From the NCBI GenBank assembly GCA_964016885.1, contig OZ024743.1, positions 264,492,001-264,556,000 on the forward strand: a stretch of DNA of 64,000 nt. The letters are read 5' to 3'. Shown here piece after piece: positions 13,049 through 27,850 of the stretch. Position numbers and translations under genes: made by a program. Every line of letters begins with the position of its first letter. Positions within the stretch are counted from its first letter, which is position 1. The notes under the pieces were generated by a model. It did no database searches. It was given only the letters and a program-made list of their open reading frames with translations, and was not told the origin of the DNA. Origin of the DNA: Eledone cirrhosa (taxonomy: Eukaryota).

Positions 13049-13588
13049 TGTGTGTATATATATATATATGTGTGTGTGCGTGTGTGTGTGTCTGTGTATA
13101 GACAGACAGATGGATAGATAGCTGTGTGTGTTAGTATGAATATGTATGTCCTCCTTCAATTGCGTTTAGGATTTGATGCGTTAGAGCAAGTCCAATTTTA
13201 ATACCAAATTAAAAATAAGTGCAACTCTTTTCCGGCGAGGATTACCTATAATACACATACACGTGCATATGCGAGAACACACACTCACCTATATAAACAC
13301 ATACATACATACACATATATAAACATACACATATATAATCACCCATACATATGCATGTGTGGTCAAAAATCTGTGTTAGTTGATCTTCACATGCAATGAT
13401 GCAGCCATGCGTAAGTACTCCTAGTCTGCCGTGTAAACATTTGCATTACATGTATGTTATCCGACAGAATATTGTTATGTTATTAAAAACAATGAGAGGT
13501 TCTATATTTCCATACTTCAATGAGGATGTTATAAAATATAATAGAATAGTTTCGAACCATCGACATCCTTTTCAATAATAAATAGCTT

Positions 13589-13713
<125 letters not shown>

Positions 13714-14023
13714 ATATGCGTGTGTGTGTGCGTTTGAATGTGTGTGCGCGTGTGTGTGTTTGTCTGTGTGTGTGTGCGCGTGTCTATGCGTGTATGTTTG
13801 TATGTTTGTGTATATATACATATATATTTACTTTATAATTAGATTCAACAGTATCATTGGATAGACTATTTACAGTATTAGCCTTAATTAACCACATCAT
13901 TTGCTGTGTTACATTTGTTATTTCTTCTTCTTCTTTATGTTTTTCTTTAATGTGCACATTACTTCTCCCGTTGGTTCCTGAAGGCCATATAATCAGCTAG
14001 GTTGGGTATAGTACAGAAATAAT

Positions 14024-14070
14024 TGTTTCTACTTTTGGCACAAGGCCAGCAATTACCCAGTGCATTACTG
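14024..14070 (-). mobile_element. 5'-truncated SINE (3' tail only)
   Basis: Matches the 3' end of the SINE at 8479. 13-bp TSD GTACAGAAATAAT at 14011-14023 and 14071-14083. Confidence 0.8.
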
Positions 14071-14950
14071 GTACAGAAATAATGTCACCGTATTCCTTAG
14101 TACTCTTGATATTTATTATTAGGAGGGAATTACTTTATGACACCACAGAATATCTTCGGTATACTAAAAACTAGCTGGACTCCATACAGCCGGTTATATC
14201 AGGTATTATATCTTCAATTATTCTTCTTACTAAATAATCTTATTTAATGTTGAAAGGGTGTTCGCAATAATTGTTAATTTAGGAGTAAAATTATTAGTAT
14301 GGATCTCCTTAGAATAAAACCTCTCGAATTGAAAATTATATGCGATTTGTATGGAGTATATATATATGTGTAAGTAGGTATACGAATTTGTTTATGCGTA
14401 TCTGTAAGAATGCATAAGTGTATATGCATATATACAAATATATCTGTTAGACACGCAGTGACTAACACCAGAATATTTTAAGTCTGCGTGTCTGTCTTAC
14501 ATATATGCGCAGCTTGTGAATAAACATTCAAGGGGTATCGCTGACGTGGTGATCCCTGCCAAACATCTTTTGTAATGTATCGTCTTATTGGCTTATTTCA
14601 TCGTTTTGTTGGCTAATCAACCAACGAGCGTAATTGTTGCTCAAAAGCATCCGTCACTTTGTTTCCACGTTTATTTATCGTTTCGCTTTCGGATCTTCCT
14701 CCAGTATTTCGTCGTTTATCATCAAAATATTTTTCTCGTTTTGATAAGTTATATTGTTAATTTATATATGATTTTTTAAATTTATATTAACTATTAAAAG
14801 TCTGAAAATATTTTTATACATCTTACAATAATATTTATAAGATCATTTATAAAATAACAATTATATAATCTAATTACAAAGATAATGTATTATTAATATA
14901 TATCATGTTTAACTAGAGTTATTACAAGCGTTGCCTTAAAAAGATATTAA

Positions 14951-15394
14951 ACTAGACCTGAAAAATGCGCAAGTTCAAAAGAGCCAGAGAATGTTATAAT
15001 AAACCTTCAAAAGTGTGGGACTAAAGTTGTTGCTCAAAAATATTGTAATCATTATCTATCGTACACACAGTGGCATCCTTTTATAAAAAAGAGACTCATA
15101 ACGAACTCAAGACGACACGATAATTATTTAAGTGAATTTATAATACAAAATTCGGTTTAAATGCATTTCGTATTAATTATCTAAACATCTAAAAAGAGGT
15201 ATTGAACATTAGCTTAAATCATAATCGTGTCGTCGTGAGTTCGTTATGAGTCTCTTTTTTATAAAAGGATGCCACAGAGTGTACGATAGATAATGATTAC
15301 AATATTTTTTAGCAACAACTCTAGCCCCACACTTTTGAAGGTTTATTATAACATTCTGTGGCACTTTTGAGCTTGCGCATTTTTCAGGTCTAGT
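14951..15394. repeat. Long imperfect inverted repeat (~175-bp arms, ~80-bp spacer)
   Basis: ACTAGACCTGAAAAATGCGCAAG... pairs with ...CTTGCGCATTTTTCAGGTCTAGT. The right arm runs into (TA)n. Confidence 0.9.
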
Positions 15395-15418
15395 ATATAT
15401 ATATATATATATATATAA

Positions 15419-15529
<111 letters not shown>

Positions 15530-16013
15530 AATATATAAATTTCGTATTTACAAAGAAATATGATTTTAGGAAGCGAACACCAGGGGGCAAACGCACTCTA
15601 GTGTTGTGCAGCAAAAGCAAGGGGGACAACCGTCTATGCTTTTCAGGCTTGACTGGCCACCGTAAGGACGATCCCTCCCACCTCTCTGCGACTGCTGGAC
15701 TTGAAAACAGCCGCGAACATATAGTTTTCTCGTCTGTGTAAATGAGGTGATTAATCTTATTTGCATATGAATCTGCATAAGCTGGTTCAACTTATAATGG
15801 AAAAGAAATAGGATTTCGCTTCAAGCATAGCTTTAATACAATTCTGCTGGACACACCAGAGGGCACTAGCCCCCGGTTTTCGCATAGACACGGCTTTGTA
15901 AAATCGTATTTCTTTCGAAATACGAAATTCTTATACATATTGTATAAAGCTATGCTTGAAGCGAAATCCTATTTCTTTTCTACTATAAGTTGAGCCAACT
16001 TATGTAGCTTCAT

Positions 16014-16021
16014 ATGCAAAT
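16014..16021 (+). promoter_or_regulatory. Octamer motif ATGCAAAT upstream of the HHR
   Basis: Exact match. Retained in the inverted copy (ATTTGCAT, 15759-15766). Function inferred only. Confidence 0.4.
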
Positions 16022-16101
16022 GAGATTAATCACCTCATTTACACAGACGAGAAAACTATATGTTCTCGGCTGTTTTCAAGTCCAGCAGTCGTAGAGCAGT
16101 G

Positions 16102-16158
16102 GGGTGCTCGTCCTGACGATGGCCAGTCAAGCCTGAAATGCATAGACGGTTGTCGCCC
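16102..16158 (+). ncRNA. Type I hammerhead ribozyme
   Basis: GGGTG ct CGTC-CTGACGA-tGGC cagtcaa GCCt-GAAA-TGCA-TA-GACG gttgt CGCCC. Palindromic stem III (ATGCAT) and an internal loop in stem I. Decayed mirror copy at 15631-15670. Confidence 0.9.
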
Positions 16159-16343
16159 TTGCTTCTGCTGGATAACAGTAGAGGGCGTTAAACCCCGGTG
16201 TTCGCATAGCTAAGGCTTCCTAAAATCGTATTTCGAAAGAAATACGAAATTTCTATACATATTGTATAAAGCTATACTTGAAGCGAAATCCTATTTCTTT
16301 TATATATAAATATATAAACACATACAATTATATATATAAATTC

Positions 16344-16378
<35 letters not shown>

Positions 16379-17154
16379 TGCCAGATATTTTCTCGAATAA
16401 TACATACAAGGAATATGTTTAATTTACTTTGCTTTTGTCTTTATTGACGTAAAAAAAATCATAATACATTACTTTAATATAGATACATCCTCCTTACTTC
16501 ATAATTCACGTTTATGTTTTCCCCATTCTGTTTCACATTATCACTAGCTTCTTACTTTCCTCCAACTTCATCTTTTCTGTACAGTTAAACCATTAACATA
16601 GATCTATTATCTTACCCTTCTCTTTTTCAACTCATCGCTCTCTCTCTTCTTGTCCTTTTTTCACCTCTCTCTATATCTGCTATAATCGATGAACTAACCG
16701 TCACTGTCTCTTTTATCTTCACTTTTCTTTACATTTCTTTCTCTATGTCTTAAATTGTAATAATTCAGTCTCATATATACTTCCATTTTTAAATTTATCA
16801 TTCCAATAACTTAAAATTAATGTTCTCGAGAGGAAACAATGTGACCTTCACAACACTCAGATCTCTTTAATTCTATATATGCTTATGTATTTTTAAGGCA
16901 TCTGATAATAAAATGAAATGAAATTAATTGTCGAAAACAATTCCTTTTAGCTGAAGCCTGACAGCTAGTATATGGGTGTAAATCCATATACTGGAATCTT
17001 ACTTAATAAGAATGTGTAACTAACTACAACTTAACATTTTATTTCTTTCATGGAAATGGGCGTAAGTCTAATAGAAATGTTGTGAACTAGATATACACAC
17101 ATATATATGTATATATATACATACACATATGCATGCTTATCTCTCTCTCTATCT

Positions 17155-17696
<542 letters not shown>

Positions 17697-19124
17697 AACC
17701 ACATGCAGTGTGCTAAGGGCCAGAACACTTGTAAATACCTCCTTAGACATACTTTTTATGAAATATGACGTCTGACATTTTTATTATTATTTCCTTGTTA
17801 TAATTTACCCAAAGAACTATTTTTATGTGACTGGAACAATAGCGCAGAATATAGCTTGAAAATAATATGCAACGATGGCGTATTGTCGTTAACCAATGGG
17901 ACTGGCTTAACGACACGAAAACATATGGAGGATATATGAAATATGGCTAAGTAATTTGATTAATTATCTGTACAACATGACTGTCTTTGGTTCTTCGAAT
18001 TGTAAAGAATAGCATCAAATTTGCCTTTAAATCACATTATATCTTGTATTAAAAATAGAAAGAAAATATATCATCTCAATCCACAGCGTCTGAAGAAACT
18101 GTTTACTGAAGCTTTAGGTTTGCACACATTTTGATCGGAGGTTTTCTAGTTCAGATTCAAATTGGATGCCAGTATATGGTAGCCATATCAAAAATAGCAT
18201 AGACATTTTCTACAAATCATACCATACTTTTCATTAAAAATTGTTTCGTTGGTATCATAGATACTCCTAGATGTATTAGATTTTTGAGAAAAATTCTACG
18301 AGATGGTTCTGTCTAAAACGAATTTTAATCATAGATTTTCACTATGGGAAATGACCTCATGTATAACAAGAAGTACAACTGTATCTAATAACCTGCACCG
18401 GTGATTCAGTAAAAGAAAAAAGAGAAAGAAAACAGTATGTCAGAAAGTGAGAAGAAAATGGGATTATAGGTTCAATAATCAGTGAATCTCAATGTTGATG
18501 ATTCATTTGATCAACTAATTGAAACACTTCCTTCTTATGGAATTAATATGTAAGCAGCTAAATATTCCTCATACGTATATATCCGTAATGCAATGCTAAG
18601 GCCAAATCAGCTTGACATGATGTTATATGGCTAAAACTTTGAATAGCGTGTATACTCCTGAGAGAAAGATAGAAATAATCAAACCTCAGTACTGCAATAA
18701 TTGAAATGTAACGTTGCCTTCGGCGAGGTTTGAACATTTGAACTCTTAGATTAATGATCCGGGCTTAATGTAGAAAGTTATTATATCAGACATAATGATT
18801 CTGTCGCCTTAAGTCTCATTTGCTGTTGTGTCTTATGAAGTAAGAACGTCTTATGATTTTGACTAGGCAGAGGAATTATATTTAACTAAGTAATTAATAA
18901 TTCATTTAGTTATTTCAAGAAGCAGTCCAAACTTTGGAGACATGATGAGTATATTTAGATAATTTGCTCATTATGTTATTCAAACTTACTTAATTTATAT
19001 AGTCATTAACTTATCAGATTGTCGTTAAGTTAATTAGGTACACACGCAATATTTTGAGTTCGACAATTAATTTAATATATTTATCAGTTTATCAGTTAGT
19101 AGTAGTTGTGTTGTTGTTGGTGTT

Positions 19125-19280
19125 AACAGGTCAGACACGATCGAGCAAACTATTGATGAATAGTGTTCCACATGAGACTATCTTGTATTTATTTTAGCGA
19201 ATGCCCTATCCAACTTATAATTCCAATTTTCCTTCAGATAAATTTATTTGAAGGAGATTTAAATGCTATTTCTAATGCTT
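19125..19280 (+). repeat. Old dispersed SINE-like repeat
   Basis: Diverged similarity to 54435-54600 (+) and 28965-29020 (-): ggtcag..gatc..ga(c)ctatgat.. and gaag(g/a)agatt..gctatt. Confidence 0.35.
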
Positions 19281-21832
19281 GAAACACCCTTCTCATTCTT
19301 TGGCTTGGGATTTACTAAATTTATATATTTTATTTATCTTCCACAAGGAAACTCTACATATTTGGTAAAAATGGAGGGGATTATATTTACAATTATAAAC
19401 TCTGTATTAATTGCACATATCTCATGCATATTTACCTCTGAATAATTCACTGCTTTATCTTTTGCTGGCTGCAATTATGAGACTGCGGTGAAACTGGAGT
19501 ACTAATGAAGGGCTATAGGCGACCATGTCGAATGCCCGATATTTGTATCATTCTGGTAGTCATTTGGCTACTGAGTGTAAGATTCTTTTAATTCACTATT
19601 TCATGTCATTAAGTTCATTTAATAAAGCATAATCGATTGAGTCCATGCTCTGGATTTTAACAAAACAAACAGCAGCAACACATCTTCACATCAATTTTGC
19701 TCACATATATATCTGTTCTATAATATTATAAATTAACTATACATCTGCGTTGTGTTTCAAATCAATTCTTAGCTATTTCATTGAATTGAAATCTATATTC
19801 CATTTATAGATTATATTATGTTATTAATTAACCAGTGTATATTAAAATGAATAGTCTATTTCATTCAATAATTAATATAATCCATTAATCGGCCAGTCTT
19901 TATCATTAATATATGCACACTAATACCCGTATCAAGACCGGGTTCCCTTAAAGTAAGTCGATATGAACGCAACTTAGAGACAAATATGTATGACATGAGG
20001 GCGTGTGGGACTTACATACGTTTCTCATATGTACCCTACTATGTAACGAATACATCTTATTTTTCTTGTATATATTTCACATCTTTTTTCTTTCAATGAG
20101 TTGCTTGCTAATATTTCATTTTATAACATAGCGCAATTGCAAATGTTAAGGACGTCGTTTGATTAATATCAAGAGAGGGGAAGGAGAGCCAAATAGCGGG
20201 CGAATCATAATGAAGATGATAAAGTGTAGAAAGATCGGGATGAATTGTACTGCTGATGCACTGTATATACCATGACAAAATGCGCGTGCGGGTTTATAAT
20301 TGGTCGTAACTGCGATTGATTGTAAATTATGTTGGTAGTATTTCGAGAAATGCTTCTAAATTTCATCGTCTGACTAATATAAAACATCGACTGACTACCA
20401 TTTTCTTTAAACGATAACATTCTAGAATAACCGAATATATTACAGTATCTCTGACAAATACTATTTTCAAATGGCCTCTATATTTCTTTGCGTAACCAGT
20501 TTTTTTACATCTACTAACCAATATCTTTCCTTAAATGATACAGATTTGTAACTATCCATTCTATTTCATAAAATGACCAATCTATGACCACTATATTTCA
20601 TTAAATGCCCAGTCTATGTCCAATGTATTTCATTAAAGGACAAATACATTTCATTTAATGACAAAATAATGTCGATGTATAACCAGTAGATGACAACCAA
20701 CTGACCGCTCTATTTCATTTAATGATAAGATAATTTCATTATATGACCACTCTATATCATTAACTAACCAGCTTGTTTCATTTGTTGTCAAGTTTGTTTA
20801 ATTAACTGATCATCATTTTCTCTTTTAAATGATTGATCAGATGAAGAAATTGTTGTATATATAGGAAAGAGATCATTTTCATCATTTCCAATGTTTACGA
20901 AATCAGAAATAACCAGTGTGATAAATTACATGGGTAGGCGACAATATTAGTCGTTAGAACACAGTAACAGTTTGCATAACAAGCAAACGAGATAACTCCA
21001 AATGTTTCTACATCAGGCGTTTCTACCATTCGACACTGCTTCCTAACAGTAGCAATTAGCTTATTCATTAATAAAAGAAGAATGAATACAATAATAGCTA
21101 AGACGATGAGTTAAGGACAGTCAAATAAAGATTTCAGATACTATTATCAACATCGTGTTTTGTCTTGGACTAATATATTTAATTATCAAATGGCGTATTT
21201 CATCTGATTGTAAACAGATACGAAAACAACTTGCAATTATACCGACCCAGAAACATCTGCACATTAGCAAATATTCTACTCATATTCTACTCTGCCGTAT
21301 TAAGGTTTACATTTGAGCAAGCAGTATATTATTTCTGTACACAAATGTACAAAACAATTTGAGATTAACAGAAATGTAACAATTTAAATCATATGTACCC
21401 ATTTGTATGATTTAAAAGGAATTAAACAGTAGGCTCTATGACGGACGACTGTTTTAAGTTGCAGTTTAGGAGGACTTAACATACAATATTTTAGTGCAAT
21501 ACGATATCATATTTTCAGTAATCACCTTAAAATTTAAATCAGTGAGAAAGTTTAGATTCTGGTCCCTGGATATTCTAGACAGAACAAAATAGACAAATCA
21601 TTTTAATATGATGCCTATCATCTTAGTTCTTGGAAGTAGACATTAGATCATATAATACCAGATGCATTAGACTTGAAAAAAAGAAAACCACAACATTATG
21701 ACGACCGGAAACATTTGATCTGTGTTAAACAACAGCTAAACATTTTTTTATTTCTTTCCCCGCCAGGTCACGTCTAATCGTCGGCAAATATGCCAGAAAC
21801 AATTATGACGTATGAGTGCATATTCATGTGTA

Positions 21833-23103
21833 CAGTGTTGTGCATAATTGAGAGACCACCTGCATTTTAGCTGTCATATTATTAGCAACCTTAGTATACA
21901 CACACTCAAGCACAATTTGCTTTTCAATCATTGTATATCAGTTGACTAATCACATTATTTGTGGCATTTTCGTACAAAAAGCACACCAAGAAAGCATTCT
22001 AATACAATTTTGAGTACTAATATGGCGGCTATTGCAAGCGAAAATCGTGCAAATCTCATTCTTCTTCTCAGGGAATGTTGTTCCCCGCGCAAAATATATG
22101 TATCATTGGGTATATCTAAGATTGATGTTAAAAAGGCTCTTGCCTCTAATGCAACAAAATGCACTCTTAACCCAAACAAGCGGCATGGGATAACACGCAT
22201 GTTAAACGTTTAAACAGATCAGATGATACAACGACGTGCAGTGTCAAATCCAACTATTTCCAGCTCATATATCCAAGCCTAGCAGAAATCTATCATCTTC
22301 TAATATCCAACGACGCTGTTCTAATGACTTCAACCAAAAGCATGAAGGATCATCTGATGTTCTGCAAGACCCATTTTCACTGGACTCCTGCTAAAAGGAG
22401 GGAGGTAACGTTTAGTGATGAAACATTAATGAGACAATTTGCACCTTATAACCACCATATAAGAAGACCACCTGGATAGCGTTATAATTCTCGTTATATA
22501 ACACAAACAGTTGAACATTCACAACCATTGCCAGTCAGGGAATCAATAAACATAAATGGAGGTGCTGCACTGGCCATACATCCAACAAGAAAGACTGTAA
22601 ATGCAAACATGTATATGGTAATCATAAGAGAAAATGTCCCATTATGAATGGAGAGACAGGGGTGCAAGATATATCAACAATATGCTGTTCCATGCCATAG
22701 GGCATCAATCATTAACCAGTATTTTGAAGAATCTGATATTGAGGTGCTGGCACCTTTGCCAGGTTCAAGTCCTGACTTAAAACCAATCGAAAACTTTGGA
22801 AATTGAAGAAAGACAAAGTTGCCAAGATAAATCCCAGCTCAGTTACAACGAAACATTCTTACTGTATGGACACAGCACATTACTCCCGAGTATTGTGACT
22901 CCTAGCTGGAATCAATGCCTCGCAGAATTGCTGCTAAAGGTCGTCAACCAAAGTAGTAATTTGGAATCGATAATGTCTGGCATAATTCTGTGTGTTGTAT
23001 GTTTTTAATAATATAATATTTTTATCTAATAACTGTACCATGTTCAAAATTAACCTAACATAATAAAAGTATTATGATAGTCTCTGCATTATGCACAGCA
23101 CTG
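21833..23103 (+). mobile_element. Decayed Tc1/mariner DNA transposon
   Basis: ~26-bp TIRs (CAGTGTTGTGCATAATTGAGAGACCA vs reverse complement CAGTGCTGTGCATAATGCAGAGACTA) with TA on the left. Transposase remnants VTFSDET and PGSSPDLKPIEN. Confidence 0.88.
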
Positions 23104-24813
23104 TGTGTTACCATCGTTCATAAACATATTTTCTAATACACAGAGACTCTGTAGCAAAGCATTATAATAAATTATTCCCCAATGTTATGGACTCGTTCCC
23201 CAACTAAATTGTTACACTGCTAAAATAATATATACATAGCACTTTTTTCTGTGCCAAGTTAGTTACTCAGAGGAGGAAGCATAGCACTAGTGATCCTCTT
23301 ATCTGAGATACCGTAGCTGGATAGAGGATGTCATGAAACTCAGCTGACAACAGATATGGCTTGAATGTTTTTAACAGAGGAAAATTACTAAAAGTCGCCT
23401 ACAATGGTGTTGATTTTGTTCAACCGTCCGAAGGTTAAAAATCAATTATCTAGACAGTATCTATGTTAGACAATTTTCTTACTTCCCTTACGAAAGTTTT
23501 TCTCGACTCTTTACAAAGTTATTTCATTCTAACGTCAATAACTCTATGTGTAGGATTGTATTTCTTTGTGTCATTCGGATATATTTGCCAGCTCGTAAAA
23601 TATTTAAAACGAGCACAGGCAAGATTCTATTTCGGAATATGAAACTATCTAAATCTTCGTTAAATGTCAGTCATGATAGCATCAATTTTCGGACATCAAA
23701 TGTCAGTCATGATAGCATTAATGGACGTATCTTGGTATTTAATTCTTGCGTACGTAGAGCTTAGAGAGTAAGTTATTTAAAATTTGGTAGAGAACATACA
23801 ACCTAAACGCTCAATAACGACGATTACCTTTAGATTGTGAGGTTTTCAAAATTCATATTAGCAAACATGTAGTATATATAAGCATAAATAATCTCACCTT
23901 TTAAATATTTGTTTGTGGAAATAACTTCAATCAAATGGGTGGGAGCTTTGAAAGTTTAACAAACATGATAGGCATAACACATCTTTTGTCTGTGTTGATC
24001 TTATTATTCGGGAACACTTTAAGACATTCCTGTGCGAGAGGTCATTTTTTTGTGCTACACTAGGAAATGCAACGGAAAGGTTTCTATCTTATTAGATCTG
24101 CTCAGCAAAGCCTGTTCACTTAGCAAGGTCGTTTGACTAGATTTTTCAATTATGTATAGTACACAGAAAAAAACAGTATACGCTGATTATGTGTATCGGC
24201 AGAAAGGAGACACAAATGTCTTGAGATGCGTTATGGACACGATTATACATTCACATTGTAAACAAGATGAGTCTAATAACTGAGAATATATTTGCAATTT
24301 CAAGATCAAAATTCCCTTTCCGGGTGTTCAACAACTAAGAAGTGAGCAATGCAACGGGAACTCCTATTGTTTGAATTGACACAAAATGTGTGAAACATTT
24401 ATAGACAAAGCAGTGAGGGTGGATCTAATCTAGAGACGGAACTGGTGAACATAACAGATATATGTTATTCATAAATGATATTATGAATCAGACATATATA
24501 CATGCATTGTCGAGAAGAATATCTACCCATTGTCTTCATCGATTCATCCAGGACCATTCATTTTGGAACATTGCTCACATCTGATAGCCCTTCTTCACTC
24601 TCACGATATTTCTTTTCTTTTACTGAACCCGAACAATATCCAGGTTTTGACCTATGGGTCCGTCTATCCGTCGTTAGAACGGGACATCCTTATTTACTTT
24701 CTAGACTTCTTCTATCTGAAGTATTGAGATAACATCAGGGAAACTCCGATTAACAGGCTACTGGATCAACATAAATGGACAAACATACTTTACTATGGTG
24801 CCATATTTTAAAA

Positions 24814-24912
<99 letters not shown>

Positions 24913-25548
24913 GTTAGTGTATATATATATATGCACACATGCATACATATACGTGAGTATGTGAGCGTGTGTGTATTTGATTTGTTATTTATGTAAATAT
25001 GAAGAAAGCCTCAAATCATGCCTTTATCGACTGGAAGTGCTGATGATTTCTTTACTAATAGGTGTGTTTAACTTAGTTTGTTCGCAGAGCAAATATGGCA
25101 GAAATACAACCAAGAAAAACTAAATTTGCTTGCTATCAAACTGACGTTTATTACTGCAAAATAGTGTGTGTTAAGAAGAGAGAGAGAGAGAGAAATATGA
25201 GAGTGGATGTTAGTGCTGGTATAATAATTATGGCACTAGAAAGAGAGAAACTTTGAAAGTCTTGGAAAATTTCCCTTCTGTCACAGAACGGATTCAACTC
25301 TTTCGAAATAAAATTGAACATGTGCCATGGAATGCATTAAATATAATTAATAACAAAACTGTATATGTTATAAAGTTATAAGTTATGTGAATTTATGCTT
25401 TTACATTAGTTTCAAATGGCATGGTTTCAAACTCTCCTTACTTAAAAATTATATTAGTACGCATAGGATAACCAACTTTTTTGTAACAATTTCTTTTTAC
25501 CATAATTTTGGTTCATATAGATATGTTTAATTTTTTTGTCTGTTTTTA

Positions 25549-25903
<355 letters not shown>

Positions 25904-26833
25904 AAATGTCCTAGTTAGTGAGTGGTGAGTTTCTGCTCCTTATCTTTCTGGAAAGAATACAATACTTACATAAATATGAATAATCATACATGAAAACATT
26001 AATACGTTGATGTGTGCATACTAGCAGACTTTTCAATCTGATATATATATATAGGGCCGAACTCAATCGGGTTGATCGTTAAAAATTAAAAGTATCCCTT
26101 AAACATTTGCTATTAAGTGTCGAGTAAAATAAATGCAACAAAATAAAAATTGTACTTTTTTGATAAATGCATTTGTTTGGTGGAGAAATTGAACTGATAA
26201 ATAATATGTGGGTATCCATCGTTAAACAATGGTTCAGCTCCTCCATTTTACGGAGTGTGTATTTGATCTTACTGGGACGTTTGTTTAAACATAACATATT
26301 AATCCTGAGAATTTTCTATATGTTTGTTACAAGAAGAGTTAATGGAATGTAAAAATCCTGATGTACTTACATTTCAGCACAACAACATTGTAGTTAATTA
26401 TATTTGATATGAAGAAATGTGCTGCCCTACTTTGCAAACTTCGCCAACAAAAAAATCTCTTTTCAATAAAATTACACATAACTTAATTCTCCAAAATAAT
26501 CTCCAAAGAAAAGCACCACGCAGATAAGGATATACATCCAGATACATGGAGACGCTTGTGAAAATTCCAAATAGCACAAAACACAATTCAAAGCAGTTAA
26601 CTATCAAATAACCACTAAATGAAAGAGCGATTATAACACGATTCGATAGAAAACCTACTGAATTCATGTTACCTTTGATCGAACAATTTTCTAACAGAGA
26701 TTAAATTTCCCAACGTGCGAATATTGAATACTTTAATGCATTCATTCGCCAATTTTTGGGGATATAAAAGGTCGATCGAAATACGAGCCTACAACATCAT
26801 TAGGTTATCTACAATAATATTCCAGTATGACAG

Positions 26834-27850
26834 CCTTCTTCTTCTTCTTCTTCTTCTTCTTCTTCTTCTTCTTCTTCTTCTAACCATGCATACGCTACAC
26901 TGGTACAGTGTATCCCCACCAAGAACGGAAATTACCAGGATCCGTTGCCAATCATTTAGGTATCCGCAATCCTTCTTATTCCTGAGAGGGTTGTTGGGGT
27001 AGAGTCATGCCAGCGGATCCTCTCAGAGACACCGTCTCCAATTGAACCGAATGTTATCCAACTATCTTGTTCGGGAGCCACCCGCAGGTTGTTTATATCC
27101 CATAACATTTTTTCAGTGTTTCTCTCCTTAGACATTCTAACACAATCCCTGTAGCGTCGGATGTGTGATCCCTCAATCTGGAGAAGTAGTAACTCTACGT
27201 GAAACATCTCTCTGATCTCCGACCTCAAAACTCTATCGAGTAATTTTACTCCAAAACCATTAAGAGGAACCCCATTTCGGCCGCTTGAATTTGCGATCGT
27301 ATTTTGTCGGTGATTATACAAGATTCGTGACCATATGTACTGGTTGGCATGAATACCGAATTGAAGAGAGTGAATTTAGCTTTTACACCTAAATCTCTCC
27401 TGCTGATTACCGATTGCTGAAGCTGGTGCATTACTGCAGAAGCTTCTGCAATTCTTACACTTAATTTAGCCTTGTATCTTCCATCACCCGTAAACACAAC
27501 ACATAGATACGTGAATTACTCCACCCGTTTCAGTGGAACTCCTCTCACATTTAAAATGTACTGCGCAAGTTTCCCTGAGAAGACGAGAGTCTCAGACTTT
27601 GTAGCACTCGGCATGAAACCTATCATGTGCAAATTGGAGATTTCCATCTGACGAGTAAGTAATACCATTTTTTCTGCAAATTATAGCCGACTGATCATAG
27701 ACCAGCCAGTCGTGATACCACTTCCAGCCAGTCTACGAATGTCAAACCGCAGCATGAAGATTATGAAGAGGAAAGGTGATAGTACGACCATGGCTTAGTC
27801 TGACTCCCACATTGAATGGTTTCGATGTAGCACCATTTATCAGCACATAT
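26834..27850 (-). mobile_element. 5'-truncated RTE-clade LINE remnant with (AAG)n tail
   Basis: NGATSKPFNVGV, LSPFLFIIFM, RIAEASAVMHQL, TYGHES, IQAAEMGFL, LDRVLRSEIRE. (CTT)n at 26834-26881. Confidence 0.85.

Larger units (their letters stand above)
15540..16301 (+). mobile_element. Retrozyme-like element: ~322-bp unit in 1.4 tandem copies plus an inverted copy
   Basis: Direct repeat period 322 (15932 vs 16254). 15540-15841 is an inverted copy. Contains an HHR and an octamer. (TA)n on both sides. Confidence 0.8.

Noticed and set aside
13970-14092. Possible HHR around CTGAAGG...GAAATAATGTC
   Set aside because: The core is imperfect and stems I and II are unconvincing, so it was not counted.
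25036-25102. CTGATGA followed by a weak stem
   Set aside because: No GAAA at the right position and no NUH/stem I closure.
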